Shown here piece by piece: positions 1 through 13,609 of a stretch of 64,000 bases of DNA. The stretch is from the NCBI RefSeq assembly GCF_902459465.1, contig NC_047081.1, forward strand, positions 1,798,001 through 1,862,000, written 5' to 3'. The notes beneath the pieces are model-generated. The model did no database searches. It saw only the letters and a list, made by a program, of their open reading frames with translations, and had not been told where the DNA came from. A program made the translations under genes and the position numbers. This stretch comes from Asterias rubens (Eukaryota). The first letter of the stretch is position 1, and every line of letters begins with the position of its first letter.

Positions 1-43
1 AACATTTTGTCAGTTACAGTGTAGTTGATTTGTAACAACTCAC

Positions 44-3000
44 CACAATTGACATCTCATACGTTTCCCTGGTCTCCCTGTCTAGGGTACCATTGACAAA
101 AAGCTGGTAGCCGTCACCATCGTCGGCAACTTTAACTCCAAAATCTGAAATGTAATTGAATAGCAATTTTAAGAACAAAGATTTATATTTTAAGAATTTT
201 AAAGTCAAGGAGATTTTTCTTTGCGTCCAGTGGTAAGCCTCCACACCCCCCCCCCCCAAAAAAAACACCCACAAATTTTTAACATGGATAAAATTGTCTT
301 TTTCTATTCGAGTGTGTGATACTTTTTTCTAAGCTTTTTTTGTGTGATTCATTTCTCTAAAAGCTTTAGTGTCTCACTCTCACTATCTGTTCTGGCAGAC
401 AGCTTGGCAGACAGCTTGGCAGACAGTCAAGCTCACTGGAGTCAAGCTCTGGTGTTTCTTATTCAGCAGAGTGTCGGTTCGAATCCAAGTTGTGACTCTT
501 GTGTCCTTAAGAAAAAACACTTGACCACTGCTTCATCCAGATGGGACGTAAAGCCGTTGGTCATTATAAAAGGGCATCGGCAACAAATGATCAAAACGCA
601 AGTTTTTTCTTACCTGTTTCATTTTGGATCACCAGCATAATTTGAGTGTTATCGGTGCCCGGCTCATCAGCATCAATTACCATGAACACAAACACTGAAG
701 TTCCAATCACTGCGTTTTCAGCCACTTCTAGACTGGTGCTGGAGCTTACAATAAACTCTGGGTTGTTATCATTGATGTCTGTTACGTTCACAATGACCTG
801 GAAGGTATAGAGAAGTCAGGGTACAACTCTTTTAAAGTCTAAGGCCGCGGCTGAAACGGTGACTCCGGCTACAGCTACGAATTGATCGGCGCATCTCCCT
901 ATTCGTCAACACCTGCAGACGCGCTGATCTAGCTGTAGCTGAAATCGCCATTCTGGACACGCCCTAATAACCTTTTAAAATTAGTTTTCAAATACTTTTT
1001 TTTTTGAGAAATCAAGCATTTTAAACTTATGCAAATAAGTTTTTTTCTTACTGTTGTTTCCGATGTAAATTTACCATCCGTTGCTATAACTACCAACATG
1101 ATCTCTTCTTTGGTCTCTCGGTCAAAAGTGCCGTCAACTGTGATCTCTCCGAACTGAAATGGTAGGATGTTGAAAATGATTAAGACTAGCAGAAAACAAT
1201 TTTTCTTATAATGGGTGCGTTCGCTTAGCTTCCCTGTGTCGACCCTTCGGTGCTCAATCGAGTGAGCACCTGACAAGAGCTAATCGAACGATCACTCACC
1301 CTCTCGTGGTGACGCCATGCACCTCGGGCCAGCGCCAAGTGACCCACTCCACAAGCAGGGTACTGGGGGCTGACCCGGGTGAGCCCCTGGAATGACGTCA
1401 AAGCTATTCAAACGTACCGGGAGCAGACTGGGGTCGACCCCGGGAAGCAAATCGAACGCACCCTATATATCAATCCTGTTGGACATAACCACTCTAGATT
1501 TTCAGCGATATATCAAAAAACGTTACCACCTTTTGGTATGAAATTTTCACAGGTTGATTTTATTGTATCTAATCTACATTTATACATATATGTGATTTGA
1601 GGCATTGCATGGCAAGGTATTGATTGTGGTAACACCAAATGTGTATAGACCATGTATAAGTATAAGATTTTATGTTTTCTTCCATTGTGCTGTGTACAAA
1701 TCATGCCTGCAGGAAGTCCAGGCTTGGTGGCTCTTTTGTAAACATGTGATGTCACTGGTCATCCACATCGTCTATATATATATAGGATTAAAACAATCAA
1801 AAGTTCCTAAAACTAAAGATATACTTTGCCTTTAAACAAAAATTTTGACCAAGAGTTAACAAATTTTGTTACGCAATTCCTCTACTGTTTACCTTGCTGT
1901 CGAGAAGTTGAAATCTGTCGTCCGATCCTTCCTCCAAAGAGAATGATATGTTTGCATCGATATCTTTATCCGTCACCGTGACCTGGTCGTAATAGTAAAA
2001 CAAATTTAAGTTAGACTTATCTATTTTTATTTCTTCAGCTGAGGTCTCGAAATCAATTCAAATATTTTATAGTGAGAAATTACTTCTTTCTCAAAACTCA
2101 TTACCGGTACTTTAGAGGGAGCCGTTTCTCACAATGCTTTATACTATCAACCATTGCTTGTTACCAAGTAAGTTTTTATGCCAACAAATATTTTGAGTAG
2201 TTACCACTAGTGTCCACTGCTTTAAGGACACAAGTAACACAAACGGGACTCTAACCCACACTCTACCAATCAGAAACACCAGAGCTTGACTCCGGTACCA
2301 TCATCCGCTCGACAATGACAATAAGAAAAAATAATAAAACAATTCCTGACCTCAAATGTTTCATTGGTCAATGGTTCTCCTTCCGGCAGCTCCCAAATAT
2401 AATCGTCCTCATCAAACATGGGTGGGTTATCATTCACATCCATAACTGAGATGGTCACGTTCACCGAAACATCCTGTCGTACCAAAAAAATAATTTTATC
2501 AAAACAAATATCAACAATAATTTTTCTAATAATCTAGATTAATAACTTTGTTGCATGGACCTAATTTTATAAAAACCATTTCATAATATTTTTTTGCTAA
2601 GCAAAACATGAAGTATGGATCCGGCCCACCAACCCGGGGGGCCGTACATTTCAGAGAATCTACAACAATTTGTTTTCCATTTTCTTCCATTGTTGTTACT
2701 TACGTTCTCGCCGTCAGAAACAGAAACAACCAGAATGTATTCTGATTGGCTGTCAGTAACATTGTCCACATCGAGCACACCAACCACGGACAAGCCACCT
2801 CTGTATAAATGAATAATTATGCAAATTAATCAATCTTACCACAGACTTTATTAAAAAGATTTGTTTTGTAAAAAGATCAAACATGAGAGCAAAATCAAAG
2901 GATCATTCTGCTTGTGAAGCATAGGCCCCTCAGAGAGTGAACTTAAACACAGTACAAGCCAAAAACTGGTCACCAAAACATGGAAGGAGAAACAGGGGAA

Positions 3001-6000
3001 GACAGTTATACAGATGTAGTTGCTAGGGACATTGGGGTGCTTCCAGCTGATCTTCCCAACCTAATGAGAGATAGACAGGGATGGGCGAGCCTCAACATGA
3101 TTCCGACCTGGGTCGACTAGAGAGAGAGAAAAAGAGAGCCAAAAAACTGACGAAGAAGGAAGTTTCAGTTTTCGATGTGAGGAAGGAAAACCCCAGAGGG
3201 TTATATCAGGGAAAACACAAGCAGCCTGTCAATTTACTTACTCAATATTGATTTTAAATGGAGAGTTTTCAGTTAACAGCGAATACTGTAGGACATCACT
3301 TGCGTCAGCATCTAAAGCCTGGGTGAAAGTTTACAAATTGAAAATTATCACTAAAAGTAAAAACTAAGAGGAAGAAGATCGGGGCGTAGAATTAAAAGGT
3401 AGATAAGTTGAATTTGATGACATTTTCACAGATTAGTTTGGTGTGTTCGCTGAGAACTGGAGTATGGGAATAAGTTTGTTGTTCAAAAAATTGTGTGGCA
3501 TGATGTCCAACTAGGTCATGAAGAAAACACCAATTAAGTTCCACCAAATTAAATTTCTTCATTCCATCAAGGGGATAGGGCAACAGTTTCTTATAATGAA
3601 CCATTAATGGCACTGGTGTATCCCAACATTAGCACAAATTACTCTCTATTGCTCGTTACCAAGTAAGCTTTTATGCTAACAATTATTTTGAGTGTCCGAT
3701 AGTGTCCAGTGCCTGTCAAATGTTTTGCCCAATAAATTCGTTTTCATTGAATCACAGTGCAAATTTAAGGAAAAAGGCCTCACTGAATATCTAAAACAGC
3801 CCATCCACACATTGTGCACAAGCTGGTGTGATGTGTTTTCGGACAACTTTTGTTGCCACTGTAATTATACAGAAACAGATACAGAAGCTCATTTTTGTCT
3901 TATGGGACATACCTTGACAGTAAAAATTGGGTCGTTATATCCGCTTTCAGGAATCACTTCTTCATAAGGAGTGTCTTCGAAGACAGGGGCGTTATCATTG
4001 GAGTCATTTACCGTTACGAAAACATACGCAAAGGAGACGCTGAAATAAAAAGGAGTTTTAAAAAAAAGCAAAAAACCAGAATTAGTTGTTGCCATCCAAA
4101 GGGATAAACGATATGAATGCAAACAAATTAGTTAGTGCCCGGAAGCTAGAATCTTTCTAACTTAGCCTGCAAAAAAGACTCTGCTAGGGTCGAAACAGCA
4201 GGCCACTAACAATTTTTCGTTTGGCAAAAATCAGGAAACGGTGAAATGTTGAAGACAACCGTCTATGCATAGTGCCATATAAATGTAATGATTCTGTTTG
4301 TAGGACATCAAAAAATAAACCACAAGGGAGACTGACTGGGTACATTTTAAATGTTTTGGGAAAACACCCCCAGAATTATTTTTATAAGAATTACCGACTG
4401 GGCTCCCAGGACCGGTCCATTGCCTCAATAAATAGAATAAATTCCTCTACTCGCTCGGCGTCCACTTCAACAGATGTCAGAAATATCTCGCCAGAATTCC
4501 GATCGACTTTGAAGAAACCCTCTCCGCCGTTTGTGGCTGACTTCAGGAAGTAACTGATTTTATTTGGCGCGCCAAGAGACACGGCAAAGACCTGTTAAAG
4601 GGAAGGTACATCTTTGGTTATTACATCGAGAAAAATTAATGACCTTAAAGGCAGTGGTTACTATTGGTAATTTCTCAAAATATTTATTAGCATAAAACTT
4701 TACTTGGTAACGAGTAATGGGGAGAGGTTGATAGTATAACAAATTGTGAGAAACAGCTCCCTCTGAAGTGACGTAGTTTTTGAGAAAGAAGTAATTTTCA
4801 ACGAATTTGATTTCGAGACCTCAGATTTAGAATTTGAGGTCTCGAAATCCACCATCTAAAAGCACACAACTTTGTGTGACAAGGGTGTTTTTTCTTTCAT
4901 TATTCATTATCTCGCAACTTTGACGCCCAATTGAGCTCAAATTTTCACAGGTTTGTTATTTAATGCATATGTTGAGATACACCAAGTGAGAAGACTGGTC
5001 TTTGACAATTACCAAACGTGTCCAGTGTCTTTAATGTAATGTTGATAAATGATTCAATTAGATTAAATTATATTACTCCTCTAAAAACTGAACTTACTGT
5101 TTCTATGGGGTCTATGCTTACGTAACCTTCTGTGATTTCGGTGTCGTACCTCTCCTGATTAAACCGCGGGGCGAGGTTTTGAACCGTAATTTTTACTGAT
5201 GCTCGCTCCACGGTGCAGTTGTCTGATGCCGAAACAGTGACCTTTAAAAAAAAAAACAGTCTTTTCATTGGGATCAATTGACTAGACTGGCTAGACTAGG
5301 TTTGTATTATTTTAAAAGCATACTTTGTGATACTACCGACCATGTTCTGTGTTTTTAAACCCAAATAATTTCTTTGTAGGTTACTAAGAGTAGCAAGTCA
5401 TGGTCATTTTCCCATGCTGGACCCACACTCTGGAATGACTAACCTCTTAAAATCAGCAATATTTCCAATCTCAATACTTTCAAGGTTAAGTTGAAAACCA
5501 CATTGTTTACTCTCGCTTATGTGTAATTGGTCTATTTGTCTTATTTTCCTTGCTGTGTGTGGTTCCCCCTCCTGTGCGCCTTGAGCACCTCATTTTGGTG
5601 GATTTTGGCGCCCTATAAATATTCTTTATTATTTATTATTAAATAAATAAATAAATAGATAACAAATAAATACCTGTAGGTTGTAGGTTTGGTTGATGGT
5701 CAGTACCGGCGAGCCAGTTACATTGAAGTACAGGGTGGGGGCCCCTTGTTCAGTTCCCTCCGTCGCAAGTCTGAACGGATGCTCATCCAAATCATGAAGA
5801 GTTAGGTTCCCTGAAAAAGTCTGCAAATCAATAGAAATTCATCATCATTTCATTACATTTCATTTCATTTCATATTGTGAAGCCGAGGACCTTCAGAAAT
5901 ATGATTTTAATCAAGAACCCAATGAAAAGAAGCCGAAGAGAAAAGTGTGGGTTTTAATGTCGGAGGAAAACCCAAGAGAATTATTTCACCCAGTCAGCGG

Positions 6001-9000
6001 AAAAACCCATGCAGTCAGGACCCAATTTCATGGCTCTGCTTACCGCCGAAGTGTACACTTTTGTGTAGATTGTAACATAATTTACAGTTGAGTGTATTTT
6101 CGTTACAATAGTTCAACTTGAAAACTACTGTCTTACCAAACTGAAAGATAGGATGAAATGAAACAAAACATTGGCAGCTGAATATATATCTTTCAATTTA
6201 CAAGTGGTGTGAAAAGGGCTTTTAGCAAACTCGGGTCTGCTTTTAATGGGTGACTCAAAGTAGTGAAAGAAGAATTACCGCATCGTCGTCAGTGACTTCT
6301 AGGAGCAACTTGTCCACTCCGTCAGCCTCGTAGACGAAGGCATCTTCTGGGTCTACTCTACCGGTCAACTCGGTGACAGCAAAGCCTGGACAATTAGTGT
6401 CAATGTCGCTGATGGTAAGGGTCAGAGTGGCCCTTGCGCTACGCTGATCATCGTCAACCTGTCTCGCCTAAAAATTACAAGAAATCACAATTTAGTTTAG
6501 TTGGGAGAGGATAATGTTGGTCTTTGGAAGAAATTATTAAGTTTTTTTTAATCTAAAACTAATTGTAGGAATCATTTTTTCTTCTTTTAAATAAGAAATC
6601 GCCTAACATCGCAGGGTTGGATGGCCACTTTAAATTGAGGGCTACACTTCGCTGATTTGGGCTGTCATTAATTAGAGTAATTACCAAAGGTACAGACACT
6701 TTAAATAAGTTTACAAAGTAAATAATTAGATTGTACAAATTAAACAAGCTATAATAATATGTACCGTTAGTTCAATGATGCACTGCCCAGCTTTCAGCCG
6801 CGTGTCGTTGACGCTGATGACTCCTGTATAGGCGTCGATTTCAAGACTGTCAGCTGGACAATCCCCTACAATGTCTGACACACGGAAGAAAAACAACAAA
6901 CAACTTGATCAATCAATCAAATTAATCAATCAATCAATCAATCAAATCCCAGCTACTGACCTATTTTTTGTAACACTTTTTCTTGTCTATTACTGATGTA
7001 ACTTTTCAGTTTTCTATGTTTTTTGTAAATTCTGTATATTTTCTGTATGAATAAAGTGTCTGCTTTGAAAAGTCAAAAGAAGTCAATCAAACAATCAATC
7101 AATCAAAACATCAATCAATCAATCAATGGTTAAATTTATACGGCGCCAATCCACCAATAGCGTTGTACAGTAGGCTTTCACCAAAAAAGGGCAGACTTAC
7201 ACAAAGTTTTGAAATTGGTTAATGAAGTAGATTGCCTGATGTTCTGAGGAAGATGATTCCACATCCATGGTGCTGCGATTGTGTTTGGTTCTTTAAATGC
7301 GAAAAACATAGCCAGACAATTCTCTACAGAACAAACTCTACCTGGCACATAATCATACACATGGTGTCACCACAAACCAAATATATATTATAAATACCTG
7401 TTATGCTGTAGGTTACAGCAACATTCAGGCCCAGATCTTGGTCGTAGGCACAGATGTCGGCTGGCATCACGGTGAGGTCTCCCACAGTCCCTTCTTCTAT
7501 GGTTGCTGCGTAATTCAGATGGGTGAAGACTGGGTCTTTGTCGTCGAGATCCTCAACAGTAATAATCAACGTGACTGATGAAATGTGGTCTTTGAAGACT
7601 CCATCTTGGGCGTCCTGTGAAAATTAAAAAAACAAGCCAAGTGTGAAGAAACTACAAATAAATAGTAAACTTGCGGGTACAACTACGAGTAAATCTCTTT
7701 TGTGTTGGCTCTGAAAAAGAGGTGGTGTGGTCTGGATATTTCGAACAATATGTTTTGCAGGAAATGGTGTCATGAGCAAGATTCAAACCCGCCCTCTCCT
7801 ACTTAAACACCAGAATTTAGGTCCGATTGACTAGACAGCTCCCCCCTGACCCATCAAAAAATTTGTTGATTAATGCCTTTACATGTTTTGTGTTGAGTAA
7901 CACTTTCAAATGATTCTTGTTTCAATAAAAATAAAAAAAAACGAAAACCCTAGGGCACATTTTCAAGAACCTCGGTCATTTTGCTTGAGTCCCCTCCCTC
8001 TCTACCCCACCCCCCCCCCCAGCAAACTTACCGTAACAGCCAGAGTCAAGTTGTACTGTCGGATTCGCTCAAAGTCGACGGCCGGAGGATTTTTTACCTT
8101 CACTTCGAACTCGATTCTACCATCGGCAGTAAAACTATCGTCTAGGTGGCTGACCTCAAACGGCACGTCCTGAAATAGTTTTAAATAAAATTGCTAATAA
8201 GCTTTTATTACTATAGACCTTATGCACATGATAGCATATCAGTAAGATGCCCTCAACTAGAGGTAAAAAAAGCAGCCATTTATTGGCCAAACCTGTGCCT
8301 TGTGCGTTCAAATCTGTGTATTTTTATTGTTTTGTCATCGTTTTACCTCTAAGTTGGCGGCTGGATGACATCAATGCAAACAGTCTATAATACTTCATAC
8401 ATACTCATGCCGAATAGGAATTACATGGAGATAACAGGTGTGAGTTGCCAGACATAAAGGATGTGTTATTTTAGCACCTTTCTTAAATTTTAGGAGCTTT
8501 CCTGTCCATGATCGCCTTCAATATGTGACAACGTTCGAAGAGCAATGATAATCCACTGGAACTATAGGCTTTTTTTTCAAACACTTCCGACTTTATAAAT
8601 AAAGTTTCTTACTTCTTCCGTTATCAAGTTGTAGGTAAGTTCCTTCCGCAGGCGATCCATGTCCTTCATCAGTATGATATCGCCGAAGTCGAGAAGAACT
8701 CCCGGCCTCGCCAACTGTGGATAGAAAGAAAAACAACAACAATAATTATTATAATCCAGTGGAACTCATATATAAGAAAATGAGTAGGTTTTAGCACGTT
8801 CACCGTTGGTATGGTCTTGCCACCAGATGCCCCCCGTATCTTCTGCAGTCACTGTACTGTCCGGGACACTGGACCATATTGGGTTTCTAGACTAGTATAA
8901 TACAATGATCCACACAAACATGCCTGGAAACTGCACGGTTTTCCTCTTACCTCGTCAACAAACACGGTCGGCCATTCATGACCGTATTAGTTTGCACAGT

Positions 9001-12000
9001 AAAAGGCAAACCACGAAGTTTCTAGGCATATATTTTGTATGGTTCATTGTTTTCTACTTTTAAAACATCTTTCCAACCATATGCATTTTATAACAAAACA
9101 GTTACAAACGCTTTTTATAGACCAAATCGTCCGATCCAAGGCAATGTTATCCTTTAATCAAGAAGGGGTCCCCTGAACAGGAGAGTGTTGGAATAAAGAG
9201 GAGCACTGAATAAAAACCTTACCTCTGGTATGGTTGCTTCGTACTCTGTCTTCCCGACGAATGTTGCTTTGTTATCGTTGGTGTTGAGTGTTGATACGAT
9301 CAGGGTCAGCTTTTGCTCCTGATCAAAGAAAAGAAATTATGAATAATTCACTGTCAAATAAAAAAAAAACAATAGTAAAAATGTTGCGTTCGTGACCTCA
9401 GAATTACAATTTTGAGGTCTCAAAATCAAGCATCTGAAACACCCAACTTTGTGTAACAAGGGCGATTTTCTTCCATTATTATCTCGCAACTTCCACAACC
9501 AGTTGAGTTCAAATTTTCACTGTGACAGCGCAAGTTCTATGTCAGAATTGATCAGGTCAGACCCAATTAGACAACCTTTCTCCTTTTGTGTTTAACTGCT
9601 CAAACAGACCTGGTCGGCTCTTAACACGTTTGGCGACCACTTGAATATTGATGCCACATACATGTAGCTGTTTTTGCTGCGGTAATTCGCAAAAAGTTGA
9701 GAACAGCTCAACTGTGGTGAATTATCCGTTGCGAATTTGTGATGTAAATTGTCGCTTTTTATTTGCAGGAAGTATGATCAGGGCTTTAAAGTTTAAAGGC
9801 ACTGGACACTATTGGTAATTACTCAAAAGTATTTTTGGCATAAAAATTACTTGGTAACAAGCAAAGGAGAGCTGTTTATAGTATTAAACATTGTAAGAAA
9901 TAACGTAGTTTTCAACGAATTTGGTTTCGAGACCTCAGAATTAGATTTTAGTCCATTGCACTTTTTCATCTCCACATGAAATTCTGTGAACTATTTTGTC
10001 TTCAATTTTTCCTTCACTTTGCTTTTAAAAATGCCTCGGAATAGACAACTTAGATTGGTGGCACTGAATCTACAAAATGGGATTTAACTTAAATTCTGCG
10101 TAATTTTGACCCATCGTGTCAGGTCCCAGTGCAAGACCTTGATTTTTGTCATTTCTGACTGGGAAACGTTTTAGGACACTTACGGTTCCTCCAGCAGGTG
10201 TGCAGCTGAACTCAATTACACCAAAAGGCAATTTATTTTTACCGCTGGGAAACTGGAAGAAAGGAAGAAAGATAACTTATTAGGGCTACATGTACCGATG
10301 ACAAACACATACTGACCAGTGTACCCCCCCCCCCCATAACACACATTAGTCAAAACAACTTTAAAGGCAGCGGACACTATTGGTAATTACTCAAAATAAA
10401 GGTTAGCATAAAAACTTACTTGGTAACAAGCAATGGGGGAGCAGTTGATAGTGTAAAACATTGTGAGAAACGACTCCCTCTGAAGTAATGGAGTTTTTGA
10501 GCGAAAAAAAAGGTAATTTCTCACTCAACTTAATAATTAAAGAGTTCAGCTGAAGCCTTTTATTGTGCATCTGAAAGCACACAGAGTAATGCAACAAGGG
10601 TCATGGTGTTGCAAATTTGATGACCAATAAAGTCCAAATTTTCACAGGTTTGTTATTTCATGCATAAATGTTGGTATAGGTCTACGCCAACCCCATTGGT
10701 AATTGTCAAAGACCAGTCTTCTCACTTGGTGTATCCCAACATATACACAAAATAACAAACCTGTGAAAATTTGAACTCAATTGGTCGTCGAAGTTGCAAG
10801 ATAATAATGGAAGAAAAAAACACCCTTGTCACAAAAAGTTGTGTGCTTTCAGATGTTATATTTTGGGACATCAAAATCTAATTCTGAAGTCTTAAAATTT
10901 ACTTCTTTCTTAAAAATTACGTAACTTCAGACAGAAGGAGCCATTTCTCACAAATGTTTTACACTATCAACAGCTCTCCATTGCTTGTTACCAAGTAAGA
11001 GTTTATGCTAACAATCAATTTGAGTAGTTACCAAACTCCCCAAAGGTGTCCAGTGCCTTTAATTTATTTTTAAGTTTAAAATTAAAATTAAATGACAATG
11101 TTTTTACTTACGTCTTCCATGTCCGGCATCTCACCTACAAAGGTGACGCTCTCATTATTCAGGTTATAGTATCCACATTCTGATATGCATTCTGAGGTAA
11201 TGGCCCCCGAGTCAACTACAGCGGTGTAAACACGACCTAATTATGCATGATCCAGATCATAAAAATGCTCACCATTAATAACATTATTAAAAATAGCCTA
11301 ATTTAATTATAGATATAATAGGCCCCTAGCCCTAGTAACAATCAATTGAGTTAATTAAATAAATAGCGCATCCCAATGATGAAATTTGGCCTTCGTTTCT
11401 TGGCCTGCCCAGCATGTTGCCCCTTCAAAAGTGGATAACTTTCCGTATGGCGCCACCACTTTTTCACTCATTTTTACAAAAAGTGATATATCAATCAGGT
11501 AAATTAGATACTATATTATTTTATTTCGAATGAAAAAGTGTCGGCGCTATACGGAAACTGTCCCCAAAAGTTTTCCCATTCTTTATAAATTAGAAAGTGC
11601 CCTCATGCAAAATGAAAATTAAATTGCCTTGCCCGTGTCCTTCCTTCATTATTCAAAACAAAGATGAAATTCCAGGCTGCAAGTCGCCGCAGGCGCAGGT
11701 TTTTCTTGTGCAAAGCATCACCGAATTTGCCAATCGCTAGTCTTTTACCCCAAGATAACTGTTACCTGAATAAAGTCACCATGGAATCACATAGAATCGT
11801 CGACTTCATCGGGTTCTGTACATCATTTCATTACTTTTGTACGAAGTTTGCTACCAAATCATTCGGACACACACAGACTTTGATGTTTGTAAACAAAATA
11901 GACAAGTACCGCTCATCTTATATACCGCCCTCTAGTGACACACGTGTACTAAAGCATTAGGCCCTTTTCGAAACCACTGTTTTGGCTCCAGACTCGGCTC

Positions 12001-13609
12001 AGGCAAGCTTGGCGCCTGCGGTTTTTTTGCGCAAGAACTTCGACGTTATGTGGTTATGTAAAAAGGTAGGCCTGTCTGTTGTTATACCCCAAAATTTGAA
12101 TCCGAACGCGGAAACACTAACGCTTCTTCTCAGATTGTGGTTTTTCTGTTCGAGTAGAGGATTTATTTTTGCATCGGGAACATGAACTCTGGGTTTTCTA
12201 AAGAACGGTGAACATAATATTATTTTGAAATGAATTGTTTACATAGCATTTTTAAAAAAACTGTTCCAAAAACCAAAGGTTCTTTGCCTTAAGTATGTAA
12301 AGCTTGTTTGAAAAGGAGACATTAATCAACAGGGCCCACTTTCATAGCGCTGCTTAGCGGCTGATTCGGTGCTTCATGTGCGATTTCTATAAATTTATTC
12401 CTTGAATTATTCCATAGCGCTGCTAACCGTAAGCACACAAAAAAGCATGCTAACCTTCCGGTGCTCACTGCACGAAAATAAATGACGTCACAAACCAACC
12501 CACGGTCATGGGCCGCCCAATTTGTTTGATACTCTGTGAAATACGCTTGCACCTTAGCAATTTTTCTGCTATAGTAAGCACGAAAACTTGCTTACCGTTA
12601 TTAAGTAGTGCTATGAAAATTGGGCTCTGTTCATTGGTTTTGATGGTTGAGTGGTTTTACCTGGTGAAGTTTCCTCGTAAAAATTACGCTCGACAAACGG
12701 CGCACCACATGCCGCAGAACCACACTGAAAGATGCACTCTAAACAGCACAAAATTTAATATTATGTTCATGGTTTGATTTTTATTTGAAAAGTTTTTTTT
12801 TTTTTACAATAGCCATAGGCCGAATTGCAGTCAAAAATACAAAGAGAATAACACATTTCAAAGAGTTAAAGACACGTGGCACAGTTGGTCATTGTCAACT
12901 TCTCACTTGGTGTATCTCAACATAATTATGCATAAAATAACAAACCTGTGGAAATTTTAGCTCAAATGATTGTCGAAGTTGCGAGATAATAGTGAAAGAA
13001 AGAACACCCCCTGACACACGAAGTTGTGTGTTTTCAAATGCTTGATTTCGAGACCTCAAAATCTAACTCTGAGGTTTCGACATTTAATTCGTGGAAAAAT
13101 ACTTCTTTCTCGAAAACTTCGTTGCTTCAGAGGGAGCCGTTTCTCACAATGTTTTGTTTGCTACTATCAACCTCTCCCCGTTACTCGTTACCAAGTAAGG
13201 TTTTAAGCTTACTGATAATTATATTGAGTAATTACCAATAGTGTCCACTGCCTTTAACAATACACGAAAACAATTATATTAATATAAAACACCAAAATAA
13301 AAAAATAAAATAAAAATACGAAAATGATTAAAAACTGAAGGGTACAAGAAGTTTCAAACCGAAACCGCCATTAGGACTACCAAAATCTAGGACATCGCAA
13401 TATTGACAGGCAAAAGAACTAATTAATCTCAGGTTTTAAAAATAAACTCAGGTAGGTTTACATACAAAAATAAAAATTAAACAGCAACTTGGACTCGAGA
13501 AAGAACAGTATTAACCTATTTATACCCGCGTGACAATACCTGTATGAATGACTTGCAGAGTTGAAGCCAGAATTATCAGCGTCAACAACAACTCTGTTGA
13601 GATGTTCAT
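44..13609 (-). CDS. Cadherin-related protein (CDHR2/CDHR5/PCDH15-like), multi-exon, 3' end lies beyond the left edge of the window
   Basis: Coding exons 13540-13609 (ATG + signal peptide MNISTELLLTLIILASTLQVIHT), 11112-11236, 10184-10252, 9223-9318, 8613-8714, 8032-8169, 7398-7614, 6765-6874, 6279-6467, 5674-5820, 5098-5241, 4395-4591, 3913-4039, 3242-3318, 2704-2800, 2351-2473, 1893-1982, 1052-1153, 614-797, 44-144. All have AG/GT boundaries and compatible phases (2505 nt, 835 aa). Cadherin motifs: DFE/DRE/DAE, DxND(N)xPxF, AxDxD. Subfamily assignment is inference; an additional exon in 11237-13539 cannot be excluded. Confidence 0.92.
1213..1463. mobile_element. GGGTGCGTTCG-family MITE in a cadherin intron
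   Basis: Same TIRs and interior (reverse complement) as 15802-16054. Confidence 0.78.
4649..5030 (+). mobile_element. Kolobok-like non-autonomous DNA transposon (about 380 bp), full copy
   Basis: Imperfect TIRs AGGCAGTGG(A/T)..CTATTGGTAATT / AATTACCA..GTGTCCAGTGTCT flanked by TTAA on both sides. TTAA TSD with RR termini is characteristic of Kolobok. Most abundant repeat in the window. Confidence 0.8.
5380..5645 (+). mobile_element. 3' end of an L2/CR1-type LINE
   Basis: Translates to SFSHAGPTLWND*PLKISNISNLNTFKVKLKTTLFTLAYV*, the typical ORF2 C-terminus, followed by GCGCCTTGAGCACC...TATAAAT and a (TTAT)n tail. Confidence 0.7.
7080..7320 (-). mobile_element. 3' end of an L2/CR1-type LINE with a (TTGA)n tail
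   Basis: AAPWMWNHLPQNIRQSTSLTNFKTLCKSALF followed by GGCGCCGTATAAAT and TTGA repeats. Short L2-like tails also at about 22440-22500, 23865-23940 and 35945-35995. Confidence 0.7.
10365..11058. mobile_element. Two Kolobok-like MITE copies in inverted orientation (about 10365-10680 and 10695-11058)
   Basis: Left copy starts ttaa|AGGCAGCGGACACTATTGG; right copy is the reverse orientation ending GTGTCCAGTGCCT|ttaa. Confidence 0.75.
11433..11563. mobile_element. About 130-bp MITE (GGATAACTTTCCGTATGGCGCCACCACTTTTTCA ends)
   Basis: Foldback structure; second copy at about 21219-21350 in opposite orientation. Confidence 0.7.
12870..13253 (-). mobile_element. Kolobok-like MITE, full copy
   Basis: ttaa|AGACACG...GTGTCCACTGCCT|ttaa; internal sequence is the reverse complement of the 4649 copy. 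Confidence 0.8.

Noticed and set aside
245-257. Frequent poly-C/poly-G homopolymers (also near 8007, 10324, 19329, 28310, 37255, 42268, 45359, 62359)
   Set aside because: Common low-complexity tracts with uncertain length accuracy; no pattern tying them to a specific function.
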